Shown: in pieces, positions 50,838 to 59,488 of the stretch
How positions within the stretch are numbered: the first letter of the stretch is position 1
Layout: each line of letters starts with the position of its first letter
Assembly (NCBI GenBank): GCA_036835995.1
Contig: DAITKX010000002.1
Span: forward strand, 48,433-112,432
Length of the DNA: 64,000 nt
Origin: Bacillota bacterium
Lineage (GTDB): Bacteria > Bacillota > Clostridia > Peptostreptococcales > Anaerovoracaceae
Direction of reading: 5' to 3'
Translations under genes and position numbers: made by a program
Notes under the pieces: generated by a model
The model's input: only the letters and a program-made list of their open reading frames with translations
The model's database searches: none
What the model was told of the DNA's origin: nothing

Positions 50838-52415
50838 TCAATACCCAAGTTTTTCTAATATACGTTTTCCCGTTTTCGTAGCACAAAGTCCACCTTCTCC
50901 TGTGCACAAGTGTTTTGGAGACATGTTACTTCCCACTTCCCGCATACAATCAATGGTTTCGCCAAGTGGAATGAAAGGGTCAAATCCATTCATTACCATG
51001 TTGGCAGAAATAACAGAATTTGAAGTACCCATAGAATTTCTACTCACACAAGGAACATTTCCAACCCCTGCTACAGGATCACAAATCAATCCCATCATAT
51101 TTTGTAAAGCTAAGGAAGCTGCTCTAAATCCTTCTTCAGCAGTACCATTAAATAGCTGGATGACACCTGCTGCTGCCATTGCTGATGCCGAACCCATTTC
51201 TGCTTGGCATCCGTAAACTTCTCCGCCAAACGAGGCTTGATGCGCTACAAATACACCAATGAGACCAGCTGCCATGAGAGCCTTGGCTATTTCATCCCAG
51301 TCCTTGCCAATAGCTTCACCTATGCTAACAACCGCACCTGGAATGACACCACAGGATCCACCGGTGGGCGCAGCAACGGTTCTGCCTCTGCAAATATCGT
51401 ATTCCATCATAGCTGTTGACCATAATACGGCATTATTTAATAGCCCTAAATCTAAGTATCTCTCTCTATTTGTCTTTTCCATATTTTTTGCAATCTGAGC
51501 GGTTTGGGGAGGAAGAAAGCCTCTCGGTTCATATTTCCCTTCCAAGGCTTTCAGTGCCGAATCTTTCATCATCATGCCAATTTCTTTCATCATGGAAAGA
51601 ATCTCCTCACGGCTTTTTCCACTGATTGCTTCTTCATATTCACAAGCCAGTTCCCAAAGTTGCTTTCCCTCTGTAAAGCAAGCTGCTGCTTCCTCTGCCG
51701 TTCTAAATGGTACTTTGGCATTTTTTCGTTTTACCACAGGCAAAACAGGCATCACTTCTCTCAAATCGACACCATACACATTGCGAATTTCATTTAAAAT
51801 TTCATCTGCAAGTCTCTTCTCTGTCATTACATTGAGCAAAGTTCTCTGTTCTTTGCCCTTAGTCGTTCTCGTGTCTGCAATTACGCTGTGCTTCACCAAG
51901 ATTTCGTTAATTTGCAGAACAGCTTTTTCATTGTCACAAATAGCAAAAACCTGATAGCACGCCCCCTGTATCAACGTTGGGAATTCTTCAAATTTAGTAA
52001 CTTCGAACATTCCACCTCCAATAGAATTGGCTTCTATGGTCACCGATCCGCCCCTTTTGCCTACTACATGAATCTTTGAAAAATTAGGATGACTATTGTG
52101 AGTAGCAGGAACAATTAGAAAGTTCACTTCAATTCCTTTTTCCTTCGCTTGTTCTAGAGAAGTTTTTAAACTTTCGTCCCAAACATCAATTCCTTGAATA
52201 CCACCTACAAATCCATAATCGGAACCTTGTGATTTATAGGTGAGTGGATATCCGCCACCTTCTTCAAAGGATATTTCTATCTTTTGTGGTTCATCCTGCA
52301 AAAGCATATATGCCACTTTGCCAATTCTTCCTGGTCCTGCTGTATGAGAACTGGAAGGCCCAATCATAACAGGGCCTAACACATCATTAAAAATGCTAAC
52401 TGCTTCATTCGCCAT
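50838..52415 (-). CDS. Fe-S L-serine dehydratase, fused beta + alpha chains
   Basis: GPVMIGPSSSHTAG and SIGGG (beta); AAPTGGSCG, GCQAE, GLICDPVAG (alpha). Start at ATG 52415. Confidence 0.88.
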   Translation of the reverse strand: MANEAVSIFNDVLGPVMIGPSSSHTAGPGRIGKVAYMLLQDEPQKIEISFEEGGGYPLTYKSQGSDYGFVGGIQGIDVWDESLKTSLEQAKEKGIEVNFLIVPATHNSHPNFSKIHVVGKRGGSVTIEANSIGGGMFEVTKFEEFPTLIQGACYQVFAICDNEKAVLQINEILVKHSVIADTRTTKGKEQRTLLNVMTEKRLADEILNEIRNVYGVDLREVMPVLPVVKRKNAKVPFRTAEEAAACFTEGKQLWELACEYEEAISGKSREEILSMMKEIGMMMKDSALKALEGKYEPRGFLPPQTAQIAKNMEKTNRERYLDLGLLNNAVLWSTAMMEYDICRGRTVAAPTGGSCGVIPGAVVSIGEAIGKDWDEIAKALMAAGLIGVFVAHQASFGGEVYGCQAEMGSASAMAAAGVIQLFNGTAEEGFRAASLALQNMMGLICDPVAGVGNVPCVSRNSMGTSNSVISANMVMNGFDPFIPLGETIDCMREVGSNMSPKHLCTGEGGLCATKTGKRILEKLGY

Positions 52416-52940
52416 GTTTTTTACCTCCAAAAATTTTACATGAGTCCTTTGTTTGACTTTATCTAAATATAACAATCTAACCTTTGGTACGCAATTATCC
52501 AAAAAACAAAAATAACCTTCCTGTTTTGTACTTCTCACAAAAGGTACGGGGGTTTGACACTTGTGATGATAAAAAATAATTTTATCAAACCATTACAATT
52601 TTATCATTTTACACTTTTCTTTTATCTAAATGAAAATTACTCAAAACTGTTTAAAAACAATTATGAATAATTTCCGTTTACACTGAATAATTTCTCAATG
52701 CTACTTAGGGGCAAACCCTCTAAGATCCGAACGAATCACAAAATTAATTTTGCAGTTTATTTTGAAAAAAAGACAAAAGGAGAATCCCATGTCAGAAGAA
52801 AAAAAGAAGCGGAAATGTTTTGATTATAGAGAAATACAATCTTAGCAGAGATATAGAATAGCTCTTAAACCTAGTTTCATTGTAGTTTGCTCTTTTGATA
52901 TGAAAGGCGAACTATTCCAATTTTTTTTATGACAAAAATG

Positions 52941-52979
52941 GACCTGCTTAATTTGTAAAAAATATAAATTAAGCAGGTC
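52941..52979. terminator. Orphan terminator-like hairpin
   Basis: GACCTGCTTAATTT / AAATTAAGCAGGTC flanked by A/T runs. Confidence 0.55.
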
Positions 52980-53254
52980 ATTTTTGTTTTTAGGATAATT
53001 GTGTCATATTGCATGAATTGATATACTAAAGATATTCAAAATTCGAAAAAATGACACAATGTGTTGCTTTTGCTACAGTTGTAGCAGTCCAATCAGGTGT
53101 TTGACAAAATCTTGTTGGTGCAAACATTATGCGAGATCAAGCTCTTGGAACAGGTTGTTTTGGCGGAGAAAGCATTTTTCTACCTCCGATTATTGCAACT
53201 AGCGATTGGACCCAAGCAGCGCATATTTACCAGCCATTATTCTTCCGTATTCGG

Positions 53255-53317
53255 TATCCGAGCTATCGGAATGAACTACTTGAAGATGCTAAAAAGTATC
53301 ATTTGATCGAGAGGTAG
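53255..53317 (+). pseudogene. 3' remnant of an acetyl-CoA hydrolase/transferase paralogue
   Basis: YPSYRNELLEDAKKYHLI aligns with HPDYRDSLFEEAQRYHLI, the C-terminus of the intact gene at 54272-55609. Confidence 0.55.
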
Positions 53318-53322
53318 ATGTT

Positions 53323-54214
53323 TTGCCTATGAAAGACGGTAAGGTTTTGGGATTTGCATGCGCAGTTTCAAGTTCAACAATCTGGGGTTTGACCATAATA
53401 TATTGGAAAGCGCTAGTGCCCATTGATTCAATAGTGATTATGCTTTATAGAATCGTATTGGTCAGTATAACAATGCTTTTTGTAAACCTTAAAGTATTCA
53501 ATCGAAAGGAACTTGTTGAGACCTTAAAAAGCAAAGAAAATATCAAAGCATATTTACTTGGGGGCATTTTGATTTCCGCAAGCTGGGCGATTAATATTTG
53601 GGGGGTCAATTCAAATGAAATTTTGCAAACATCACTGGGATTTTATCTAGAACCTCTTATAATTGCTGCAATTGGATTACTTTTCTTTAAGGAGAGGTTT
53701 ACAAAACTTATTTTAATATCTTTCCTTTTTGCTTTAATTGGAGTAGGAGGAATGATTATATCATATGGAAAGATTCCGATGTTTGCATTAAGTTTAGCTG
53801 GAACATATGCAGCATATGCAGTAATTAAGAGAAATACAAATAGTGATTTTTATGGGTTTGTTTTATGAAAGCACATTTCTCATTCCATTAGCTTTGCCAG
53901 TAATTATCATATTTGAGGCAAATGGAAAAGGAGCCTTAGCTCATGGTGATGTTAAACAGATTCTTCTTTTACTTTTAATTGGTGGTGTGACTGCTATACC
54001 TCTGGGACTATTTGGAGTAGCAGCCAGGAAAGCTGATTTTACAGTGTTAGGAATAACAGCGTATCTTGATCCTACAATATCTTTGCTGCTAGGGATTTTT
54101 CTATATAAGGAACAAGTGAATTTTCAAATGTTAGTCGGTTTTATTGCAATTTGGATAGGTATTATTTTTTTTACAGTGGACCAGATAAGGCGAAGGCAAA
54201 ATAGCTATAGGTAA
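53323..54214 (+). pseudogene. rarD: RarD (EamA family) transporter split by a +1 frameshift
   Basis: Two overlapping ORFs. Removing one T from T5 at 53847-53851 gives one 296-aa RarD (IWG..IYWK, SLGFYLEPL, YES.FLIP, TAIPL). Confidence 0.8.
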
Positions 54215-54271
54215 TAAGTTGGAAAAAAAGTTAAATCATATCTAATAAAAGATTGCGCTAGTGCGTTAGTC

Positions 54272-55609
54272 TTAGATCAAGTGATATCGCTGGGCTTCTT
54301 CAAATAACGAATCACGATAATCCGGATGAGCAATTTTGATCAGCGACTTGACCCTTTCCTTGACCGATGCTCCCCTAAGTGCGGCGACTCCATATTCAGT
54401 TGCGATAAAATCTACCGCCGCACGAGTCAATGTGATTACTGTTCCTTCGGGGTGGACTGCGCTGATTGTTGATTCACGTTGCCTTTCGCCGGTTCCCCCG
54501 TTTCTAATCATTGCGGTAGAACTCAAGGCAATGATCGATTTGCCGTCTATCGATTCTCTTGCACCAACAGCGGTGTCAACCTGACCTCCGGTCCCGCTGA
54601 GTTGAAGAGTACCAATCGCTTCTGATGCACACTGACCCATCAAATCAACCTGTAAAGTCGTATTAATAGACACCATTTTGTGATTTTCCGCAATGTTATG
54701 CGGGTTATTCGTCTTATTTACGTCAAGATGCAGAACAGAAGGATTGTCGTTAATAAAGTCATATGTTAGTTTTGAACCATGCGAAAAAGCGGTGATAAAC
54801 TTGCCTTTATTAACGCTTTTGCTCTTGTTTGTTACCACTCCTTCTTGAAAGAGTTCAATCAAGCCGTCGCTGAGCATTTCCGTATGAACCCCCAAGTCCT
54901 TTTTCTCTTTCAGTTCACCTACAACCGCGTTTGGAATACCACCAATACCTATCTGTAAAGTGGACCCGTCTTCTATCAATTCTGAAATATTCCTTGCGAT
55001 CATCCGGTCCGTTACTGTTACTGCATTCATATCCTGATAATAAATTTGATTGTCACCATGAAATATATAGTCAACTTCTGAAATATGAATATATGTATCG
55101 CCAAATGTTCTTGGAGAGGTTTCATTTACCTCAACAATTATCATATCCGCTGCTTCCACAAAATCACGATGATAATCCGCCCACGATCCTGCTGTAAAGT
55201 AACCGTGTCTATCCATAGGCGAAACAGCAACCACATAGATATTGATCGGTGTGTGATTGTATTTATAATGGTAAAGCCTGTCTTTGCCAGCGTTCCTTAG
55301 ATAATTAGGGATGAAAGAAGATCTTGACATTTTAAAGGAATTTCTTAATATCTTCGAAGAAAATAAATAATCTCCTTGTATGATATTTGCATAGTCATCG
55401 TCTTCATAAAAATCATAATATTTGTTGGGTTGCATATGGGTCAAGGTAACATTTCTAACATTGCGTTCTTTTAATAAATAGAAATGGTCTAAAAAGCTAT
55501 AGGGTTCTGCAGAAATAGCACCCACAAATATATGGTCATTGCTATTAATTTTCCCTACAGCTTCATATACATCAATGAGCTTGCCTTTATATTCTTCCTG
55601 ATATCCCAT
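54272..55609 (-). CDS. Acetyl-CoA hydrolase/transferase (4-hydroxybutyrate CoA-transferase-like)
   Basis: LQIGIGGIPNAV, LGVHTEM, SGTGGQVD, TEYGVA.LRG, IAHPDYR. Confidence 0.92.
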   Translation of the reverse strand: MGYQEEYKGKLIDVYEAVGKINSNDHIFVGAISAEPYSFLDHFYLLKERNVRNVTLTHMQPNKYYDFYEDDDYANIIQGDYLFSSKILRNSFKMSRSSFIPNYLRNAGKDRLYHYKYNHTPINIYVVAVSPMDRHGYFTAGSWADYHRDFVEAADMIIVEVNETSPRTFGDTYIHISEVDYIFHGDNQIYYQDMNAVTVTDRMIARNISELIEDGSTLQIGIGGIPNAVVGELKEKKDLGVHTEMLSDGLIELFQEGVVTNKSKSVNKGKFITAFSHGSKLTYDFINDNPSVLHLDVNKTNNPHNIAENHKMVSINTTLQVDLMGQCASEAIGTLQLSGTGGQVDTAVGARESIDGKSIIALSSTAMIRNGGTGERQRESTISAVHPEGTVITLTRAAVDFIATEYGVAALRGASVKERVKSLIKIAHPDYRDSLFEEAQRYHLI

Positions 55610-55792
55610 AACATTACCTCCTTCTGCCCTATTCTAACGATAGGCTGTGCAGTACTATTTTATAGAGTATAGCAACAAGCTTTACTCTTTGCAATTATCC
55701 CTGATACAAATTAAGCACCGTTCTTTTTGTATTTGTTCTAGAATATAGCTCTCAAAATTCGTGTGAATGTTTACATCTCCAATAGTTGAATA

Positions 55793-55823
55793 AACCAGTA
55801 TTTCGGCGATTAAAATACTGGTT
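55793..55823 (-). terminator. Hairpin downstream of the bEBP gene
   Basis: AACCAGTATTT / AAATACTGGTT. Confidence 0.55.
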
Positions 55824-55891
55824 CTATTGTTTTATTTTCTATGCAAATCTTTAAAGTATTGTTAATGCGAGAAATATAGGAATAAATGTTT

Positions 55892-57301
55892 TTAAAGCCC
55901 ATATTGCTGTAGTTTTCGTGTTATGGTTGAGGGATATACCTTTAGCGCGGTGGCAATATCAGCTTTTTTTATATATCTTTCTTTAAAATATGTTAAAACA
56001 TATTTTTCGTATTCTTCCATGATTTCAGAAAGCCCTTTTCCATCGAAACTATCAGTAAGTTTCATTTCGTTCACAATATTTTCTGAGTAATGATCTAAAT
56101 GCACATCGTTTAGATCATCTACACCTAATTCGTTTGTTATGGTCATTATGACTAAGCGTTCTATAATATTCCTGAGTTCTCTTACATTTCCCGGCATCGG
56201 CAGATTCATCAGTTTCTCCTGTAGACTTTTTCCAGCTTTTTTATGTGTATGGTACTCATTATTGAATTCCCTTAAAAAATAATCAATCAGCAGAGGTATA
56301 TCTTCTTTTCTGTCCCTGAGCGGCGGAATTTTGACACAAGCCGTGCTGAGTCTGTAGTAGAGATCTGAGCGGAAATTCTTATCTTTGATTAGGGTGAGAA
56401 TGTCAGCATTAGTTGAGGCGATGAATCTGACATTTAATTTAATTGGCTTATTCCCTCCGATCCTCATGATTTCTTTTTCCTGTAGAACACGTAGTATTTT
56501 AGCCTGCATGTGGTATGGCATATCGCCTATTTCATCAAGCAAAACGGTTCCGTTATTTGCATATTCCAGAAGACCCTTTTTCCCTTTGCTAGATCCACCC
56601 GTAAAAGAACCCGCTTCGTAACCGAAAAATTCGGATTCCAACAAATTTTCCGGGATCGCGCTGCAATTAATATGAATAAAAGGTTCCCCGCTACGAGAAC
56701 TTGCCTGGTGGATATATTTAGCCACCAGTTCCTTTCCAGTTCCTGATTCTCCGAGAAGTAGAACAGTAACATCAGACTTTGCTATCAATTTGGACTGTTC
56801 CATGACCTTACACATGGTTTCGCTCTTATAGATAATATAATCAATCGAGCCTTCCTTTATTTCATTCGCTTTCGTCTCGACTTTATCAAAGTGCTCCCAA
56901 CCTTTCCGGGAATTCGTCGAAGCTTCAATATAAAGGCGGTTCAATTTATCGATGTTGAACAACTGAGACAGAACATATTTAACGTGTCCGTTTTCATCAA
57001 AATATGGCGTGCCTCTTACAAGAATGCTTCTGTCCCGGAGCTGCTGTTCAATCAATATTTCCTTTTTTTCTTTGAGAACCAATGCGGTCGATGAATATTG
57101 GCTAAGAAACGCTTTACCACGAGCAAGTTCAATAGACGAGCCAATCATTTCAGCGGGTGATATTCCCGTAATCTGCTCATATGTTTTGTTTGTGTAAAGA
57201 TATTTCCCTTCATGATTTGCTATGATACAGCCGATCCAAGAGTTATATACGGTAAACTCCATTAGCTTCCAATAGTCATCTTGCGAATAAAATCCTTCCA
57301 T
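55892..57301 (-). CDS. Sigma54-interaction domain regulator (PAS-AAA+-HTH)
   Basis: GESGTGKE, GSFTGG (GAFTGA variant), LDEIGDM, FRSDLYYRL, PGNVREL. Confidence 0.9.
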   Translation of the reverse strand: MEGFYSQDDYWKLMEFTVYNSWIGCIIANHEGKYLYTNKTYEQITGISPAEMIGSSIELARGKAFLSQYSSTALVLKEKKEILIEQQLRDRSILVRGTPYFDENGHVKYVLSQLFNIDKLNRLYIEASTNSRKGWEHFDKVETKANEIKEGSIDYIIYKSETMCKVMEQSKLIAKSDVTVLLLGESGTGKELVAKYIHQASSRSGEPFIHINCSAIPENLLESEFFGYEAGSFTGGSSKGKKGLLEYANNGTVLLDEIGDMPYHMQAKILRVLQEKEIMRIGGNKPIKLNVRFIASTNADILTLIKDKNFRSDLYYRLSTACVKIPPLRDRKEDIPLLIDYFLREFNNEYHTHKKAGKSLQEKLMNLPMPGNVRELRNIIERLVIMTITNELGVDDLNDVHLDHYSENIVNEMKLTDSFDGKGLSEIMEEYEKYVLTYFKERYIKKADIATALKVYPSTITRKLQQYGL

Positions 57302-57352
57302 ATCATCATCCTCCGTCTCTGTTATACGAATTATACCTTAACTAAAAACAAT

Positions 57353-57386
57353 ATTGCATATGCGCAATTTTTTGTCAATATGCAAT
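57353..57386. promoter_or_regulatory. Tandem upstream activator sites
   Basis: ATTGCATATGCGCAAT and TTTGTCAATATGCAAT at an 18-bp period. Confidence 0.55.
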
Positions 57387-57438
57387 TCTTAAATCGGCAA
57401 ATAATACTCAGAAGCCCGTAAAACGCGAACTTTTATTG

Positions 57439-57454
57439 TGGCACAATTATTGCT
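57439..57454 (+). promoter_or_regulatory. Sigma54 -24/-12 promoter of pepD
   Basis: Consensus TGGCAC-AATTA-TTGCT. Confidence 0.9.
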
Positions 57455-57567
57455 AAATATTCTTGTAGAAGTTTTTAGAATTGGCAGATTAAAGTAATCA
57501 ATAACTAAAAAGCTAAACTTAATCAATTTATCTTTTATAGATTTTTAAAAAACAGGAGGTTAAAATC

Positions 57568-59049
57568 ATGCAATATGTTATGGAACACAAAGGATACCCA
57601 CATAGAAGATTTTTCGAAGACATTTGCGCTATTCCCCATGAATCATTTAATGAAGAAGCAATATCAGAATATCTCGTCCAGTTTGCAAAAGACCGTAATT
57701 TATGGTGGTACAGGGATGAATTGTGGAATGTCGTAATCAAAAAGGAAGCATCTCCGGGCTACGAAGACCACCCACCCGTCATGCTTCAAGCGCATACCGA
57801 TATGGTTTGTGTAAAATTACCCGGCTCTGATTTTAATTTTAGGGCAGATTCATTAAAACTTTTCATTGAAGATGGTTGGATTAAAGCGAAAGACACAACT
57901 CTCGGAGCCGACTGTGGTCACGGTGTTGCTTACATGCTCGCAGCTTTAGATGATAATGAACTACAGCATCCACCATTGGAATGTTTCTTTTCGGTTCAGG
58001 AAGAGGTTGGTATCGGAGGTCCAAAATTTATTGATTACTCTATTTTCAAAGCTAAGAAACTTATCAATTTTGATATTTTCGATGAGGGACTATCCTGGAT
58101 CTCAACAACAAGTGTCAAGGGTGGTGACTTTATAAAGAGAGTACAATTCGAGTCGGATCAAAAACCTGCATTTAAAGTTTCAGTGAGCGGAGGTGTTGGT
58201 GGACATGCCGCCTTAGATATCGGAAGGGATCAAGTTAATGCAATAAAAATTTGTACTCGATACCTTTACACACTGATGAAGGATATTCATATTAATCTAG
58301 TGTCTTTTGATGGAGGTACTGCAAGAAACAATATTGCCGGAGCATGTGAAGCTGTATTTACCTGTGCCACTTGCCATTCAAACGTGGCGAACCATTTATC
58401 TGAAGTTTTGACTGAAAAAATCAGAAAAGAATATGCCGGTACAGATCCAGAAGTATCCATTTCTATTTCATCAGCTGAGAGTACAGGGAAATCTATGGAT
58501 AGGCTTTCAACAGAAAATGTCATTGAATTATTGTTGCTTCTGCCTACCGGAGCTTACATGAGAAGATTCATGTCCAATGGTCTGGGTCTTATTGTAAAAA
58601 ATGGCCAAGAAGGAGATGGCTTGGTCATCACTTCTAGAAATCTTGGCGTAGTCAATATCAAAGATGACACTGTTACAATTGGTTATATGTTCCGAAGCGC
58701 TCTCGCCTCGCAGATTGAGGAAATAAGCGACCAGGCATTCCTTATAGCAAATCGATACGGAGCTGCCTGGAACACAATTTATGACTATGCAGGTCATACT
58801 TATAGCGAAGATGCTCCTATGCATCAACTATGGAAAGAAGTATACAAAGAAGCGACAGGTAATGATGTGAAGGCCGTTGCCGCACATGTTGGAACAGATG
58901 TTGGTACTATCGTACAACACATCAAAGATATGGATGTCATAACATTGGGTCCAAATACCATCGGCATTCATAAACCAGGCGAAAAAATGGAAATAGCATC
59001 GTTCGACAGGACTTACGGATACTTTAAAACAATCTTGGCTAAATTGTAA
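57568..59049 (+). CDS. pepD: Aminoacyl-histidine dipeptidase-like M20C peptidase
   Basis: IPHES.NEE, LQAHTDMVC, TTLGAD, QEEVG, SRNLG, GP..GIH.PGE. Confidence 0.85.
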   Translation: MQYVMEHKGYPHRRFFEDICAIPHESFNEEAISEYLVQFAKDRNLWWYRDELWNVVIKKEASPGYEDHPPVMLQAHTDMVCVKLPGSDFNFRADSLKLFIEDGWIKAKDTTLGADCGHGVAYMLAALDDNELQHPPLECFFSVQEEVGIGGPKFIDYSIFKAKKLINFDIFDEGLSWISTTSVKGGDFIKRVQFESDQKPAFKVSVSGGVGGHAALDIGRDQVNAIKICTRYLYTLMKDIHINLVSFDGGTARNNIAGACEAVFTCATCHSNVANHLSEVLTEKIRKEYAGTDPEVSISISSAESTGKSMDRLSTENVIELLLLLPTGAYMRRFMSNGLGLIVKNGQEGDGLVITSRNLGVVNIKDDTVTIGYMFRSALASQIEEISDQAFLIANRYGAAWNTIYDYAGHTYSEDAPMHQLWKEVYKEATGNDVKAVAAHVGTDVGTIVQHIKDMDVITLGPNTIGIHKPGEKMEIASFDRTYGYFKTILAKL

Positions 59050-59135
59050 TTGCTTTATTTGAATTAATTTCATAAAGTGAATCTCGCATGGAATTTATAT
59101 CTTACATGTGATTTTGATTAATTGGAGGGATTTCA

Positions 59136-59167
59136 ATGGAGCTCCCGGGCGGATTCGAACCGCCGAC
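59136..59167 (-). repeat. tRNA 3'-end duplicate, copy 1 (att-like; probably tRNA-Thr)
   Basis: Minus strand GTCGGCGGTTCGAATCCGCCCGGGAGCTCCAT comprises T-arm, acceptor 3' strand and CCA. Identical to 59428-59459. Confidence 0.85.
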
Positions 59168-59376
59168 AACGCCTGCGGCGTTCCATAGGGGGCTCTGCCC
59201 CCTTTTGGCGGCAAGCCGCCATGCTGGCCATCAGAAATATCGCATGGCTTTCCTCGCCTGTCACCCCCGAAGCGGTACTCCGATGCCGCTTGAACTTGGC
59301 AGAGTACTGGCCGACGCCACTCGGCATCTCTGATCGGGGACGATTCTCTTCCCCGATCCCCTTCTGTCGGCGGTTC
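59157..59376. mobile_element. GC-rich multi-hairpin mini-element between tRNA-end repeats
   Basis: 12-bp inverted ends GAACCGCCGACA / TGTCGGCGGTTC and at least five internal hairpins. Confidence 0.5.
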
Positions 59377-59393
59377 ATCATACAAAACCACAT

Positions 59394-59427
59394 AAAAAAA
59401 GCATCCCCGATTGGAGATGCTTTTTTT
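59394..59427 (-). terminator. Terminator immediately after tRNA 3'-end copy 2
   Basis: AAAAAAAGCATC..GATGCTTTTTTT hairpin abutting CCA. Confidence 0.8.
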
Positions 59428-59466
59428 ATGGAGCTCCCGGGCGGATTCGAACCGCCGACCTCTGGT
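59428..59466 (-). repeat. tRNA 3'-end duplicate, copy 2 (attR-like boundary of the right-hand island)
   Basis: ACCAG-AGGTC-GGCGG-TTCGAAT-CCGCC-CGGGAGC-T-CCA; the 5' half of the tRNA is absent. Confidence 0.85.
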
Positions 59467-59488
59467 TGTTCGTAAGGTAGTATAAATA

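Noticed and set aside
52700..52760. c-di-GMP-I riboswitch (GGCAAACC present)
   Set aside because: Lacks the GNRA-capped P2, CGCAAA and P3 elements; only a simple hairpin
59136..59459. CRISPR array from the 32-bp direct repeat
   Set aside because: Only two copies about 260 bp apart, the repeat is a tRNA end, and there are no cas genes
59095..59475. Short ORFs across the palindromic element
   Set aside because: By-products of GC-rich hairpins and tRNA repeats; no protein-like features
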